DNA of 61,055 nucleotides from a virus. Its lineage: Duplodnaviria > Caudoviricetes. The DNA is taken from positions 1-61,055 of the IMG/VR virus record IMGVR_UViG_3300030376_005008. The stretch is one strand, 5' to 3'. The notes under the pieces were generated by a model. The model searched no databases. It was not told the origin of the DNA and was given only the letters and a program-made list of their open reading frames with translations. The first letter of the stretch is position 1; the number at the start of each line of letters is the position of its first letter. Positions 9,409-19,700 of the stretch are shown in pieces. Both the position numbers and the translations under genes were made by a program.

Positions 9409-10893
9409 ATGGAAAAGCGCGAAGCCGAGATGAAGGAACTCGTTATCGAGATGGACAAGAAGATGTCCGCTCGCTCGTTCAAGTATTTCTTTGAAACAGT
9501 TCTCGGCTTCGATTATGCCTACCATCACGGTATGTGGGACAAAGGTCTTACAGACAATCGCTACTATTGTGTAAAAGCGTCTCGTGACCATGGTAAATCT
9601 GTTTTCTTCATGTCATATGCTCTGTGGCTCGCTGCTTTCAATCCGGGTAAACACATCATGATTTTCAGTCACTCGTTGGAGCAGACACTGGAACACATGC
9701 GTTTCATTCGTGGTAACATCGACACATCACCTTGCCTTCAAGAATTGAAGCCGGGTGGTATTCCATGGCGAAAGACCTACTTTGAGTTCACCAACGGTAG
9801 TCGTATCATGGCTAAGTCGGTCGGTGGAGGAACTCGTGGTTTCCACCCTGACATTGTTCTATGTGACGATATTCTTTGGGGCACAACTGGTTCTGAATTG
9901 CAACGTGCTGCTGATTGGTTCTATGGTGTATTGCTTCCAGTTCTTCACCATACGGGTCGTTTGATGATGGTGGGAACGCCGTTTAGTTACAACGACCTCT
10001 ATGCTCAGTTGGAAAAGACCGAGACATTCCAAGTTGAAACATATCCAGCCATCGACAAAGAAGGCGAAGCACTGTGGCCTGAGCGTTGGAGTTTGGAAGC
10101 ACTTGACCAACGTCGAATGTCCATGCCAGCGATTCAGTTTACTCGTGAATATCTCTGTGAGCCGATTCACGACGTTGCGAGTATGTTCCCGATGGAACTA
10201 CTTGAGAAAGCACGTGACCATGACCTCAAAATCCTCGACCACGCAGAGCGTGATTTCAACGAAGAAGGAGAAGACATTGGTGTATTCGGTCAACATTTCA
10301 TTGGCTGGGATACAGCGATTGCATCTGACAAGAACGCTGACTTTACCGCTATGACTGTAATGCGAACAATCCCTGATGAAGACATTAAACAGATTGTTGG
10401 TATTGTTCACGAGAAGGGTATGTCGTCTATGGCGCAGAAGCGTCAGATTATCATTCTCAATAACAAGTTCCAACCTGACCTCATCGAACTTGAGGGTAAC
10501 AACTTCCAGCGAATGTTTGCTATGGAGTTACAAGACATTCGGCAAGACATTCCAATTCGCACTTTCATGACTACGCGCACGAAGAAAGAAAGCCTATTCA
10601 TGTCGCTTCTTCTTGCATTTGAGCAAGGGCAAATCAAGACACCGTATGGCGACGACCGCTCTCGTCGTTTTACTCATAAGTTGGAAGAAGAACTCAATCG
10701 CTTCGGAATGCAGAAGAGCGGAAGGCTTGAGTCCGTAGGCACGCACGACGACTTGGCTATGTCACTTGCGTTGGCGAACTGGGCAACTAAAGAATTCCGT
10801 GGAAGTGTTGTTATGCTTGATGATTATATGCCCGGTTTCGATGAATGGATAACGGGTAAACCTCGTAAGAAAGATGGATGGATGATACCATGA
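9409..10893 (+). CDS. terL: Terminase large subunit
   Basis: Walker A ASRDHGKS, Walker B IVLCDD, coupling motif VGTP, and RNase H-like nuclease acidic residues IGWDTA, DFTA, HDDLAMSLALA. Confidence 0.95.
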   Translation: MEKREAEMKELVIEMDKKMSARSFKYFFETVLGFDYAYHHGMWDKGLTDNRYYCVKASRDHGKSVFFMSYALWLAAFNPGKHIMIFSHSLEQTLEHMRFIRGNIDTSPCLQELKPGGIPWRKTYFEFTNGSRIMAKSVGGGTRGFHPDIVLCDDILWGTTGSELQRAADWFYGVLLPVLHHTGRLMMVGTPFSYNDLYAQLEKTETFQVETYPAIDKEGEALWPERWSLEALDQRRMSMPAIQFTREYLCEPIHDVASMFPMELLEKARDHDLKILDHAERDFNEEGEDIGVFGQHFIGWDTAIASDKNADFTAMTVMRTIPDEDIKQIVGIVHEKGMSSMAQKRQIIILNNKFQPDLIELEGNNFQRMFAMELQDIRQDIPIRTFMTTRTKKESLFMSLLLAFEQGQIKTPYGDDRSRRFTHKLEEELNRFGMQKSGRLESVGTHDDLAMSLALANWATKEFRGSVVMLDDYMPGFDEWITGKPRKKDGWMIP

Positions 10894-11750
10894 AAGAAGA
10901 AAAAGTTGGAAAGAAACCTAAGGGTATGGTCGTTGTTATCTCGGTTGGTAAACCGGGTGGGAAGAAACCTGAGCGAGAGGCTGACCCTGATACGAAGAAG
11001 AAAGCACAAACACGTGATAACGACGATGCTAAAGCGAGATTTCTTTATGATAGATTACCTGATGAAGCATTTGGGATAACTCCTCAAGTAGAAAATCCAG
11101 CGACAGGTTACAATCGAAGAATGATGGTAGATGACCTTCACACAGACATAGCAGGTGGCCTTGAGCCGGGAATACCCTTTGAAGACCCTCATATGGAACT
11201 TCGTCTTGACCCTGAGGAAAGAGAGTTAAATCGCCTCCAAGGTGTTCAAGGAGATTCTCCTAATATTAGACCGAGGCTCCATTCTTTGCATGGTTCAAAA
11301 CACTCACCGTTACAAGATATTACTAATCCTAATTACCTTGCTCAACCATTTTTGATTCCACAACATGAGTGGGTAGATGCCCCATTATCATTAGATATGT
11401 TGCTTAATCCAGCACCTCAAGGCACGGATGAAAATAAAATCAGATATCAAGATGGTGAACGGCAAGAACTTCGTCAAGTTGGTCGCATGCACAATCCTAA
11501 TGTAGATTATCGTAAGTGGATACAGAAACCAATGAAAACCGCAGTGCAACAAAGACGCGGTGAGGGTATAATCCAAAGAGGTGCTCCTATAGATTTGGCT
11601 TGGCGTTTGTTGAAAAATACTCCTATTGACCCCGCTGATGAAAGTAGAAGCGGTATGGGGCGCTGTAAATTCTGCGGAACTTATGCTGTTAATTTCAATC
11701 CATATGGTATTGGTGAATGTGCTGAGTGTGGAAGGCAAAATTACAGGTGA
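10890..11750 (+). CDS. Accessory protein with an internal PIDLAWRLLK tag followed by a Zn ribbon
   Basis: ORF track gives 10878..11750, and ATG 10890 overlaps the terL stop. Tag at 11586-11615, then CKFC...CAEC. Confidence 0.75.
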   Translation: MKEEKVGKKPKGMVVVISVGKPGGKKPEREADPDTKKKAQTRDNDDAKARFLYDRLPDEAFGITPQVENPATGYNRRMMVDDLHTDIAGGLEPGIPFEDPHMELRLDPEERELNRLQGVQGDSPNIRPRLHSLHGSKHSPLQDITNPNYLAQPFLIPQHEWVDAPLSLDMLLNPAPQGTDENKIRYQDGERQELRQVGRMHNPNVDYRKWIQKPMKTAVQQRRGEGIIQRGAPIDLAWRLLKNTPIDPADESRSGMGRCKFCGTYAVNFNPYGIGECAECGRQNYR

Positions 11751-11755
11751 TTAAG

Positions 11756-12343
11756 ATGAGTCCATTTGAAGTGTCATGGTATCTTCTGAAAATGGGCGGA
11801 AGCCCCCGTGCTCAAATAGGTTATGACCACTTACCTACAGAGATGAACTATGATGCTGTGACTCAGTTTCTTCAAAGTAATCCAAATGCGACAATGGGAG
11901 ACATGATGGCTCCTTATCTCAGAGGTCAGTTCACCAATCCTTCCTCCGAAGTTTTTACTGACCCACGCTCTTATCAAAGTGGTAATTTACCATTCCCAAT
12001 GACGGAACGTGAGGCCAGTTCATTTGCATCTAAATTCCAAACAGATGATGGTTATTCAATACCTGAAAATTACATTTCCGGCGGTCACATTGCTGCTGAC
12101 CGCCCTTTACTCATGAATACGATTCGCACATTACAAGGTCGACTAAGGCAAATGCCGGATGCGTTTGAGTTTCAACCCACTGAAAACCGCATTCGACCAA
12201 ACATGACTTCACGACCCACAGGAAAAATGGCTCGCCTTGGACAAAGATTTGAAAATTATATGAATACTCCTGTTGCCGTGCGGCAAGCAACCATGATTCC
12301 ACCGACACCTACTGCTTCTACAACACCGGAGATGCTTGCATGA
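11756..12343 (+). CDS. Accessory protein with an N-terminal PFEVSWYLLK tag
   Basis: ATG 11756 follows an AGGTGA RBS (ORF track 11726..12343). Confidence 0.7.
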   Translation: MSPFEVSWYLLKMGGSPRAQIGYDHLPTEMNYDAVTQFLQSNPNATMGDMMAPYLRGQFTNPSSEVFTDPRSYQSGNLPFPMTEREASSFASKFQTDDGYSIPENYISGGHIAADRPLLMNTIRTLQGRLRQMPDAFEFQPTENRIRPNMTSRPTGKMARLGQRFENYMNTPVAVRQATMIPPTPTASTTPEMLA

Positions 12344-12416
12344 CAAGGCGTAGGTGGCAAGCCAACCATTGTGAAGATGGTGGGTGTTAAGTAGAGGTCA
12401 CTTGTGAGGTCAAAGT

Positions 12417-13634
12417 ATGTGGGGGTCATTAGTGATAGATGAGTCACCCGCCTCTATCGAGCAGGAATTGAAAATCAATACTTTCAGCAAGTCCTACCAA
12501 TTTCCACCGAATGGTGATGGTTGGTTTGAGGCTAAGATGGGTTGCTCTGCTGGTAATCTTGTAAAACGACTTCGTAAAGCACGCCGACACAACAAAGATA
12601 ATGTCGGTGAGATTGATGCGTTTATTGATGATATTCGCACAATTAAGTCAATTGAAACAGAGATGACAATTCGTAATCTTTCATGGGGGCATGAACATGA
12701 AAGTTCAATCAAAAATCTTGGTTTATCTGATAGGTCATTGAAACATCTTCGTCAATTCGGTGAGTCAAGAGCGGTATCTCTTCAAAAAGCATGTCTTCTT
12801 TGGGACAAGGCTGATACGACACTCAAGATGTTAGATGAGCATGAAGATGTATGGGGTGAAGAAGAGCAACGCGCTTGGGCATCTGCTATGCGTGATAGAA
12901 CTGATGCTCGTAAAATGTGGAGAACTGCGCTTTTCCAATCTGACAAATTAACTAAGAAAGAACAAGATTACCTTGAGTTTGCCTCTGAAGAATTACTACA
13001 CAAAGGGCCGATGCGCGCTGTAGACATTATGGATAATCTTAGTGAAGAAGGCATCATCCATAAGGCATACACCGATAAGAAATTGGCTCGTCTTATCTCA
13101 CTTTATGGTGAAGAATACGATATCATGAAGGGAGGGGAAAGAGGCACTTATGTGAGAGTAACTCATGATGGTCTTGTTCTGAAAGATTCATGGGCTTATG
13201 GGGCAGGTTTCCTTGATGCTGATGGTTACATTACCATTACTGAAAGAGGAGAGCCTCGTGCTGGTATGATTGCGACTGGTGAGCGTGGTCGTATTCATTG
13301 TGAAGACCTTTACAAAACTCTTGATTGTGGTATTTTGCAATTAAACAATAAGGTCCATAAGAATTCAAAACGCAGTCAACATCGCCTTCAATTCTATTCT
13401 AAAGCAGACCTTCGTAAGTTCCTCACTGGCGTTTTACCTCATTTGAAAATGAAATCTACTCAAGCAAAGGCAGTTTTAGCATATATTGATGAGAAGGATA
13501 GGACTCGGAAGGAAGAGTTGAAGCGCCTCGTGAGGTTCAAAAACTGGGAAGACGATGAGAAAAAATCTGTGGAACTCTTGTCTTCTTGGGGTGTTGATGC
13601 AGATACAATTGGGAAATACGCGGAGGGATTATAA
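12417..13634 (+). CDS. Protein with a C-terminal LAGLIDADG endonuclease-like domain
   Basis: YGAGFLDADGYITI motif, followed by HRLQFYSKADLRKFLTGVLPHLKMKSTQA, typical of the LAGLIDADG fold. Long helical N-terminus. Confidence 0.8.
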   Translation: MWGSLVIDESPASIEQELKINTFSKSYQFPPNGDGWFEAKMGCSAGNLVKRLRKARRHNKDNVGEIDAFIDDIRTIKSIETEMTIRNLSWGHEHESSIKNLGLSDRSLKHLRQFGESRAVSLQKACLLWDKADTTLKMLDEHEDVWGEEEQRAWASAMRDRTDARKMWRTALFQSDKLTKKEQDYLEFASEELLHKGPMRAVDIMDNLSEEGIIHKAYTDKKLARLISLYGEEYDIMKGGERGTYVRVTHDGLVLKDSWAYGAGFLDADGYITITERGEPRAGMIATGERGRIHCEDLYKTLDCGILQLNNKVHKNSKRSQHRLQFYSKADLRKFLTGVLPHLKMKSTQAKAVLAYIDEKDRTRKEELKRLVRFKNWEDDEKKSVELLSSWGVDADTIGKYAEGL

Positions 13635-15397
13635 TGGCAGAAGACGATGAACAAGGACCGGTTAGTCGCTTCTTATCGGCTCTTGCAAGTCCTTTCCGAC
13701 GGCGCACTACGCCTCAGCCACAGATGCCTCTGTATACCACTGGTATACAGGAGCCTGTTCTTGCACAAGGAATTACACTTCCTGCTTTGTATGCAGTGAG
13801 TCATGAAAATCTCATTCTCCGAACTGTCCAATCTAAACTGAATCAGGAAGTTTTCCGACGTGGTTATCATTGGGAAAAGAAGTTCCGCAAGAAATGTGTA
13901 GAATGTAATGAAGAATTTCAACATGAAATTGAATCTTGTAATGCATGTGGAGGTCAAGTTCGTGACCCTGACCCTGAGCAAGTGATTTACCCGAAGTGGC
14001 TTTTGAATCAAGAAAACTCTATGGAACAGACCTTTATGCAAGTGCTTTCTGAGATTGAGAATGATTTGAATATTGTTGATGATGCATTCCTTATTCTTGT
14101 TAAGGAATATTATGTGGATGTTGATACGGGTGATGTTCAATTTTTCCGTGTGAAAGAAATCATTCGTGGTGACCCCATCTTCATGCGAATTATCGCGGAT
14201 AAGCGTGGTGTTCGTGGCGGTCGATACAAGATTTGCAGAATACATCGCGACCAAGTGGCTTACCCCGGTCAAGAAAACGCTTGTCAAGTGTGTGGGTCAA
14301 AACTTGTTGATGCTCATTATGTAAACATGGCTGGGTCAGGGAAAAATCAATACTATACTAAGGGTGAGATTATACATATTAGTAAGTATAATCCATCTAA
14401 ATTGTATGGTCGTAGTCCTGTTAATACAATGTGGCGTCAAGCAATGAGCCTCACAGCGATGGATAATTATATCTATACTGCATATCAGAAACGTCGAACT
14501 CCGAAAGGTATCATTTCCGTAACGACGGATAACCTTGAGTCAATGAAATCGTTTTGGAAGTCCGTTGATGAAAAGATGGAACGTGACCCTCATTATGTTC
14601 CTAAAGTTGGAATCGAATCCTCCAGTGGCCGTGGTGGTGTGAATTGGGTTAAGTTCATGGATACACTTGAAGAGATGCAATACATCGCTGTTCGTGATGA
14701 AATACGAAATCGTATTGCGGCTTACTATGGTGTTTCTAGTATTTTCATGATTGACAATGGTAAGTCCGGTGGCCTCAATAACGAAGGTATGCAAATTCTT
14801 GTGACAAATCGTGCTGTTGAGTTTGGTCAAAAGGTCTACACTGAGACATTATTCCCACGAATGCTACGACAAATGGATGTTAGTGATTGGAAATTAACTC
14901 TTTATCCCAATGAAGAAGAGGATGAAATCACCCGTCTTCGACGCGATGAAATGGAAGTCAACTTGGCACAGAGAATGCAAATGTTAGGTTATCAACCTGA
15001 ACTAATGGAAGAAGGTGACCGAGACATTAGATTCGTTTATCGTAAGCAAGAGCAAGCGCAAGAGCAAGCACCTCCTCAGGGTGGAGGGATGCCTCCCGGT
15101 GGAGGGATGCCGATGCCTCAGGGTGGAGGGATGCCGATGCCTCAGGGTGGAGGGATGCCGATGAGAAGTAGTGCACCCCGTGGAGGAGGTATGCCAATGC
15201 CGCCTATACCGCCGTCGCAACCCGGTGGTGAAGGTATGGGGATAAGAACACCTAGAAGTCCAGCAAGGCCACAGCAACGTGGTTCACCCGGCGCTGGCTC
15301 TCCTATAACAAGCGTTCAGCAACGCGGTCCACCAGAAACTCTTCAGCAAAAAAACTCTAATGCTTTGATTGACTCGCGAAGACCTCGTGGAGCATAA
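13634..15397 (+). CDS. Portal protein
   Basis: Position after terL. EIIHISKYNPSKLYGRSP, MQYIAVRDEIRNRIAAYYGVSSIF and LVTNRAVEFGQ are portal-like segments. It also carries Zn-ribbon insertions and a P/G/M/Q-rich tail. Confidence 0.9.
   Translation: MAEDDEQGPVSRFLSALASPFRRRTTPQPQMPLYTTGIQEPVLAQGITLPALYAVSHENLILRTVQSKLNQEVFRRGYHWEKKFRKKCVECNEEFQHEIESCNACGGQVRDPDPEQVIYPKWLLNQENSMEQTFMQVLSEIENDLNIVDDAFLILVKEYYVDVDTGDVQFFRVKEIIRGDPIFMRIIADKRGVRGGRYKICRIHRDQVAYPGQENACQVCGSKLVDAHYVNMAGSGKNQYYTKGEIIHISKYNPSKLYGRSPVNTMWRQAMSLTAMDNYIYTAYQKRRTPKGIISVTTDNLESMKSFWKSVDEKMERDPHYVPKVGIESSSGRGGVNWVKFMDTLEEMQYIAVRDEIRNRIAAYYGVSSIFMIDNGKSGGLNNEGMQILVTNRAVEFGQKVYTETLFPRMLRQMDVSDWKLTLYPNEEEDEITRLRRDEMEVNLAQRMQMLGYQPELMEEGDRDIRFVYRKQEQAQEQAPPQGGGMPPGGGMPMPQGGGMPMPQGGGMPMRSSAPRGGGMPMPPIPPSQPGGEGMGIRTPRSPARPQQRGSPGAGSPITSVQQRGPPETLQQKNSNALIDSRRPRGA
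15073..15163 (+). repeat. Coding tandem repeat (P)QGGGMPMP in the portal C-terminus
   Basis: CCTCAGGGTGGAGGGATGCC(GATG) occurs about 4 times. Confidence 0.85.
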
Positions 15398-15441
15398 CCT
15401 CTTTTAATGGACAGGACTTACGAAAGGACAGTGGTGCACGA

Positions 15442-15786
15442 ATGGACTTACAGAAGATGAATCCTTTGGCTCGAAAAATGATGGTCCATAGCGAGGCTTT
15501 TACGAAGGCTCTTGAAGACGGAAATGCGAATGCTGCTCGTGACCACATTACAGAAGTTCTCAAATTTGCTGAGTATCTTTCTCATGATGTTTCTGGTCAT
15601 ATTGCTAAAGCAGAAGATATCGGTTTTACTCTTGAACCAGTTATGGTTCGTAAGATGAACGAAAGTGGACAAAAGTTTGACACTGCTTCTCGTGACCGTG
15701 TTCTACCCGGAACTGTTATTCCAGCACGAACTCATACGGGTATGCGACCACACCATGGCACCTTTGGAAGATACACCCCTCAGTGA
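15442..15786 (+). CDS. Hypothetical head-module protein
   Basis: 114-aa ORF between portal and protease. Contains HIAKAED. Confidence 0.7.
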   Translation: MDLQKMNPLARKMMVHSEAFTKALEDGNANAARDHITEVLKFAEYLSHDVSGHIAKAEDIGFTLEPVMVRKMNESGQKFDTASRDRVLPGTVIPARTHTGMRPHHGTFGRYTPQ

Positions 15787-15795
15787 GATGATTAA

Positions 15796-16119
15796 ATGGA
15801 GGAAGAAGTTTCAGCAACTGAGCGTCTTATGACGACTCTTATCTCCAAGATGGAGAGCATGGACTCCGACCTCCAATCTCTAAAGCGAGAAAACGCTATG
15901 CTTCGTAAAGCCGTTAATGACCCAACTGCACTTCTTCGTAAGGCTGGTTTTGTCGCTACCATGACTCCTTTGAGTGAGGATGTAGAGACAGATGTGTTTC
16001 GCTCTGACGAAGGTGTCTTGCTCAAAGCCAATGATTCATTTACAAATGAAGAAATTCATCTTATGAGTTGGGAGGAAATACACGATATGGCCGACCAAGC
16101 AAAAACCACAGAGGTATGA
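15796..16119 (+). CDS. Small coiled-coil protein with a scaffold-like C-terminal motif
   Basis: Coiled coil, VLLKAND, and a C-terminal MSWEEIHDMA resembling the scaffold end MTWEEVHRLA. Confidence 0.75.
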   Translation: MEEEVSATERLMTTLISKMESMDSDLQSLKRENAMLRKAVNDPTALLRKAGFVATMTPLSEDVETDVFRSDEGVLLKANDSFTNEEIHLMSWEEIHDMADQAKTTEV

Positions 16120-16121
16120 AT

Positions 16122-16721
16122 ATGAAGCCAATTCCTTCTCTAGCAAGTAACGAAGCAATCTCACAACTTGAGCGCGCTCAGCGTCTTCTTGAGAAAGCCG
16201 ATAAGTTGGAGAAGTCCGCTGAATACAAGGCCGATGGAATGTGTCCTTGTGGAAGTGGAAAACCACAGGCTGAATGTTGTCCTGATATTTCAAAGTCCGC
16301 CGAAGGGGGTAGTCAACCGAACTTTCAAATTTCTTTCGATACCAAACCACAGGATGTAATGTTCGCTGCTGAAAGTGGTGGGCAAACTCGTAACGCTCAC
16401 TACACTACAAATCAACACCTATTAGATGCTGAAGATGTTACTAACAAAGGCGCAACATCGGAGGCATTTAACTTAGAATCCCTTGGTGGTAAGTTAAATC
16501 CACATGAGGGTGGTGGCTCTGACCGTCAAGTCGTTGATGGTATTCTTAGTAAGGCTAAAGATATGGTTGAAAAAGGAATTTGTCGGGAATGTGGTGGTAA
16601 TCAATTTACTGGTTGTCAATACGGTATTGCATCTTGCGATGGTCTTCAAGGCACTGGATTTGATACTGGTGGATATGAAATGCGCCATGACCCTTCCGAC
16701 CCTAGCCGTAGTATCTACTGA
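16122..16721 (+). CDS. Head-module protein with a SEC-C-like metal-binding motif and a C-terminal Cys cluster
   Basis: CPCGSGKPQAECC and CRECGG...C...C. Start is at 16116 or 16122 after GAGGT (ORF track 16068..16721). Confidence 0.7.
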   Translation: MKPIPSLASNEAISQLERAQRLLEKADKLEKSAEYKADGMCPCGSGKPQAECCPDISKSAEGGSQPNFQISFDTKPQDVMFAAESGGQTRNAHYTTNQHLLDAEDVTNKGATSEAFNLESLGGKLNPHEGGGSDRQVVDGILSKAKDMVEKGICRECGGNQFTGCQYGIASCDGLQGTGFDTGGYEMRHDPSDPSRSIY

Positions 16722-16733
16722 GGGTGACGAAGT

Positions 16734-19700
16734 GTGCGCGAAGATGCTGTTGACATTTACATTCGCTCAAGAGGCGAGTTGCTAAAGTCAATTCTTGATG
16801 GCGCAGATTACGACCTTAGTGTTGGTAACTACGTTACTGCTCAAATTAATCTTGAGCGTCATGGGTATGTGATAGAGAAGACAACAGATGATTTGTTGTG
16901 TGACTATGTTGTTCGTAAGGAACTGTCTGATGAACAATTAGCGCAAATTGAGGCTCTTCGTGCGGAAGAACAAGATTTACCACCCTTCTCAGAAGAAAGG
17001 TTCCAAATCTCTGACAAAATTAGAGAGATTGAGTTGTCTGCTGAAGGGAAAAAGAAAGAAGAAGGCGATGCGAAAGAAAGTAAATTCCGTTTCCGTCGTG
17101 GTGCTGAGTTTATTGTGCCTAAGCATGGTTGGTTAGGTAGGTATAATCAACACAGTTTAGAGGACTCTCATGCTTTATGGGCGAGCGCTCCTTTTGATGC
17201 GTCAGGCACTCATGGTGGTGAGTTACACCCAATGCACGAAGATATTCATCCTCTTTTGAGAAAGAATCATGGAACTAATAGACCTGAATGGCTGGAGACA
17301 CTACGTGATTTTTATCTTGAAAAAGATGCAGAAGGTAGAACACTAGCAGAGCGTTACAAGGGACACGAGAATGCTGAGCATAATTATCATGCAAAAAAAG
17401 AGCATGGTTTAGTAAATGGTATATCTAAGGATGAAAGAGAACACTATCCATATCTCGGCCCCTTGAATCAAAATAAAACAATTTCACACATTCATGATAT
17501 CTATGAGAACAATTACCAAAACTGGAGGAGAGCCAATCCAGAGATTGTTAATGAGATTACAAATAACAATACAGACCCTGAGTCCACTCTTAGAGAGATG
17601 CATTTCGATGATGCGGCAGAAGGTTGGATGAATGAGGATAAAAATATCAATTTCTCAATGGCTGATTATGCAAAGGGCACTGAAATATATGACCTTAGTG
17701 AAAAAGACATGGCAGGTTATGATGTTCGTGGAAGCCTTGGGCACATGGGATATCTACTCGGTCTTGAGTTCTTAACACCAGAACAACGTCATCTTGTCAT
17801 GAGACATCTTCATGAAAAAGGAAGTGATTCTAAGGATGCTCAGACCATCGACATTGGTGATGGACAGAAACTTTCAATGGGGCGCATTAAAAGAAATATG
17901 AAACAAAGATTCACTCCTGAGTTTTTACACTACGGTCGTTCTACACACATGACTGGACCGAACACAAATGCGCATGTTGAAAGCGTCGATGACCACACAG
18001 ACGCAGTGCAAATGGCGGCAGGAATGCACATGATTCCTGCTCTTTTCTCTCATGAAATGGAAGATGGACGTAGTGCTGCTGAGCATCTTCTTGATGGGAT
18101 TAACAATCATCTCTATGGTGGAGACGAAGAAGATGAATACGGAAATAGAATACATCTCACTGAGTTACCTGACATGAGTCGCTTTGATGGTTACAACAAA
18201 GAAGCACAGAAAATGGTTGATGGTGGTATTGTTGATAATACTGGAGACGCTATCCGACATATTTTGAGAAGAGAAAATAGTAGAAGTGAGTTTTCTAATC
18301 ATAACCAATTACTGAATATGGTTGGGTATGATGGTAATTCAGAAACACCACATGAACCCGGCGCTCATCCTTTGTTTCCTGATTTTGAGCAACCGTTTCT
18401 TTCTGAAGATACAATGAATGAGGTTATGAAATTAGCCACTGAAATGGGCGCTTTGGCATTCAACAATAAGGATATTCGCAATGGATTGGCTGTTCATCGC
18501 CTCGGTATAAATGGTCCAAAATTTGAAGATATTGACCCTGATTTACAAGATGCTTGGATGAGGGGCGCTGATGGGCATGCAGTGGGTTTGTCTGCTCCTT
18601 TCGCGAGGGCGTTTCAAGAACAGGGAGGAAGAGGGAGAAGCCCCTTGTCTTTATTGGAGATTAAACATCAGACACTTCCAAAGGACGAAAATGGTTTTTC
18701 GTTGATTGGAAGAATTGCTTCTAATGGTATGTTTGAACCTAACCCTGAAACAATTGGTCTTTTTGGGTCTTATATGCCGGTGCTTAGTGATAAGCACAAC
18801 CACGAATTAAACGGTGCTCATGGGTCGCAAAGCATGTGGGAAGTAGCAAGTCCACAACAAGAAATAGACGGTAACCCTAGACACTTAAAAAATGACACCG
18901 GTCCAAGCAGGTCGGTTTTTTCTAAGAGTTGGTATAAAACATCCGCTGGGTTATCTGACGCTGAGCGAAAAGAAAAATATGGACAGCAGAACATGAGCGT
19001 TAAAGGTCCAAAACTATGGGACCGAGGATACTTTCACACTGAGCCTCTTACAGCAGTCGGTGGTAAAGGCGGGGTAGCAACTCAAACAAAGAATAACTGG
19101 CAAAACGCACATGCTCGTAAAACATCTTTTGGACATATTTCTCCCCCTCATGCACCGAGTAAAAAATCATTACTTAACCGTGGGGATATAAAATCGGGAA
19201 GGCATGCTGTGAGTTATGGGAACTCAGCCATATTCGCTCAGCAGCAGGGTCTTACGGGTAAAAAAGTTGATATCGCTAATTTTTCAGCGGAAGCGAGAGA
19301 AGTTGAAGATAAGATGAACTCCATAGTAGAACGCATTGAGTCCGTTAAAGATGGGGAGGAAAAACAAGCGTTAGTAACGGAATTATCTCAGTTAGAACAC
19401 AAATATGATAATTTAACAACAAAACGAGGTAAAGGAAAATCTCCACCTAAAGATTCTTTTAAAACTGTGGAAGCAAAACGAGGTGCTGACAATAAAGCAA
19501 TTTTCGACATGGCGAAGATTCTACGCCCAATGATGTTGGAAGCAGACCCTACGGCCTTTGATACTTCTAATCCTAGTAAAGCAATGTCTAACGCGGCAGG
19601 ACTTCTCCAAGATGCACAACGAGCGTTACTCTCCTTACCTCATGAAGCACATGGTTTAACGACGTATGGATATGATGTAGACGAAGTTCTTGCTAAATCA

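Noticed and set aside
12417-13634. Intein or group I intron around the LAGLIDADG domain
   Set aside because: There is no N-terminal Cys/Ser splice block or C-terminal His-Asn, and the flanking terL and portal ORFs are intact.
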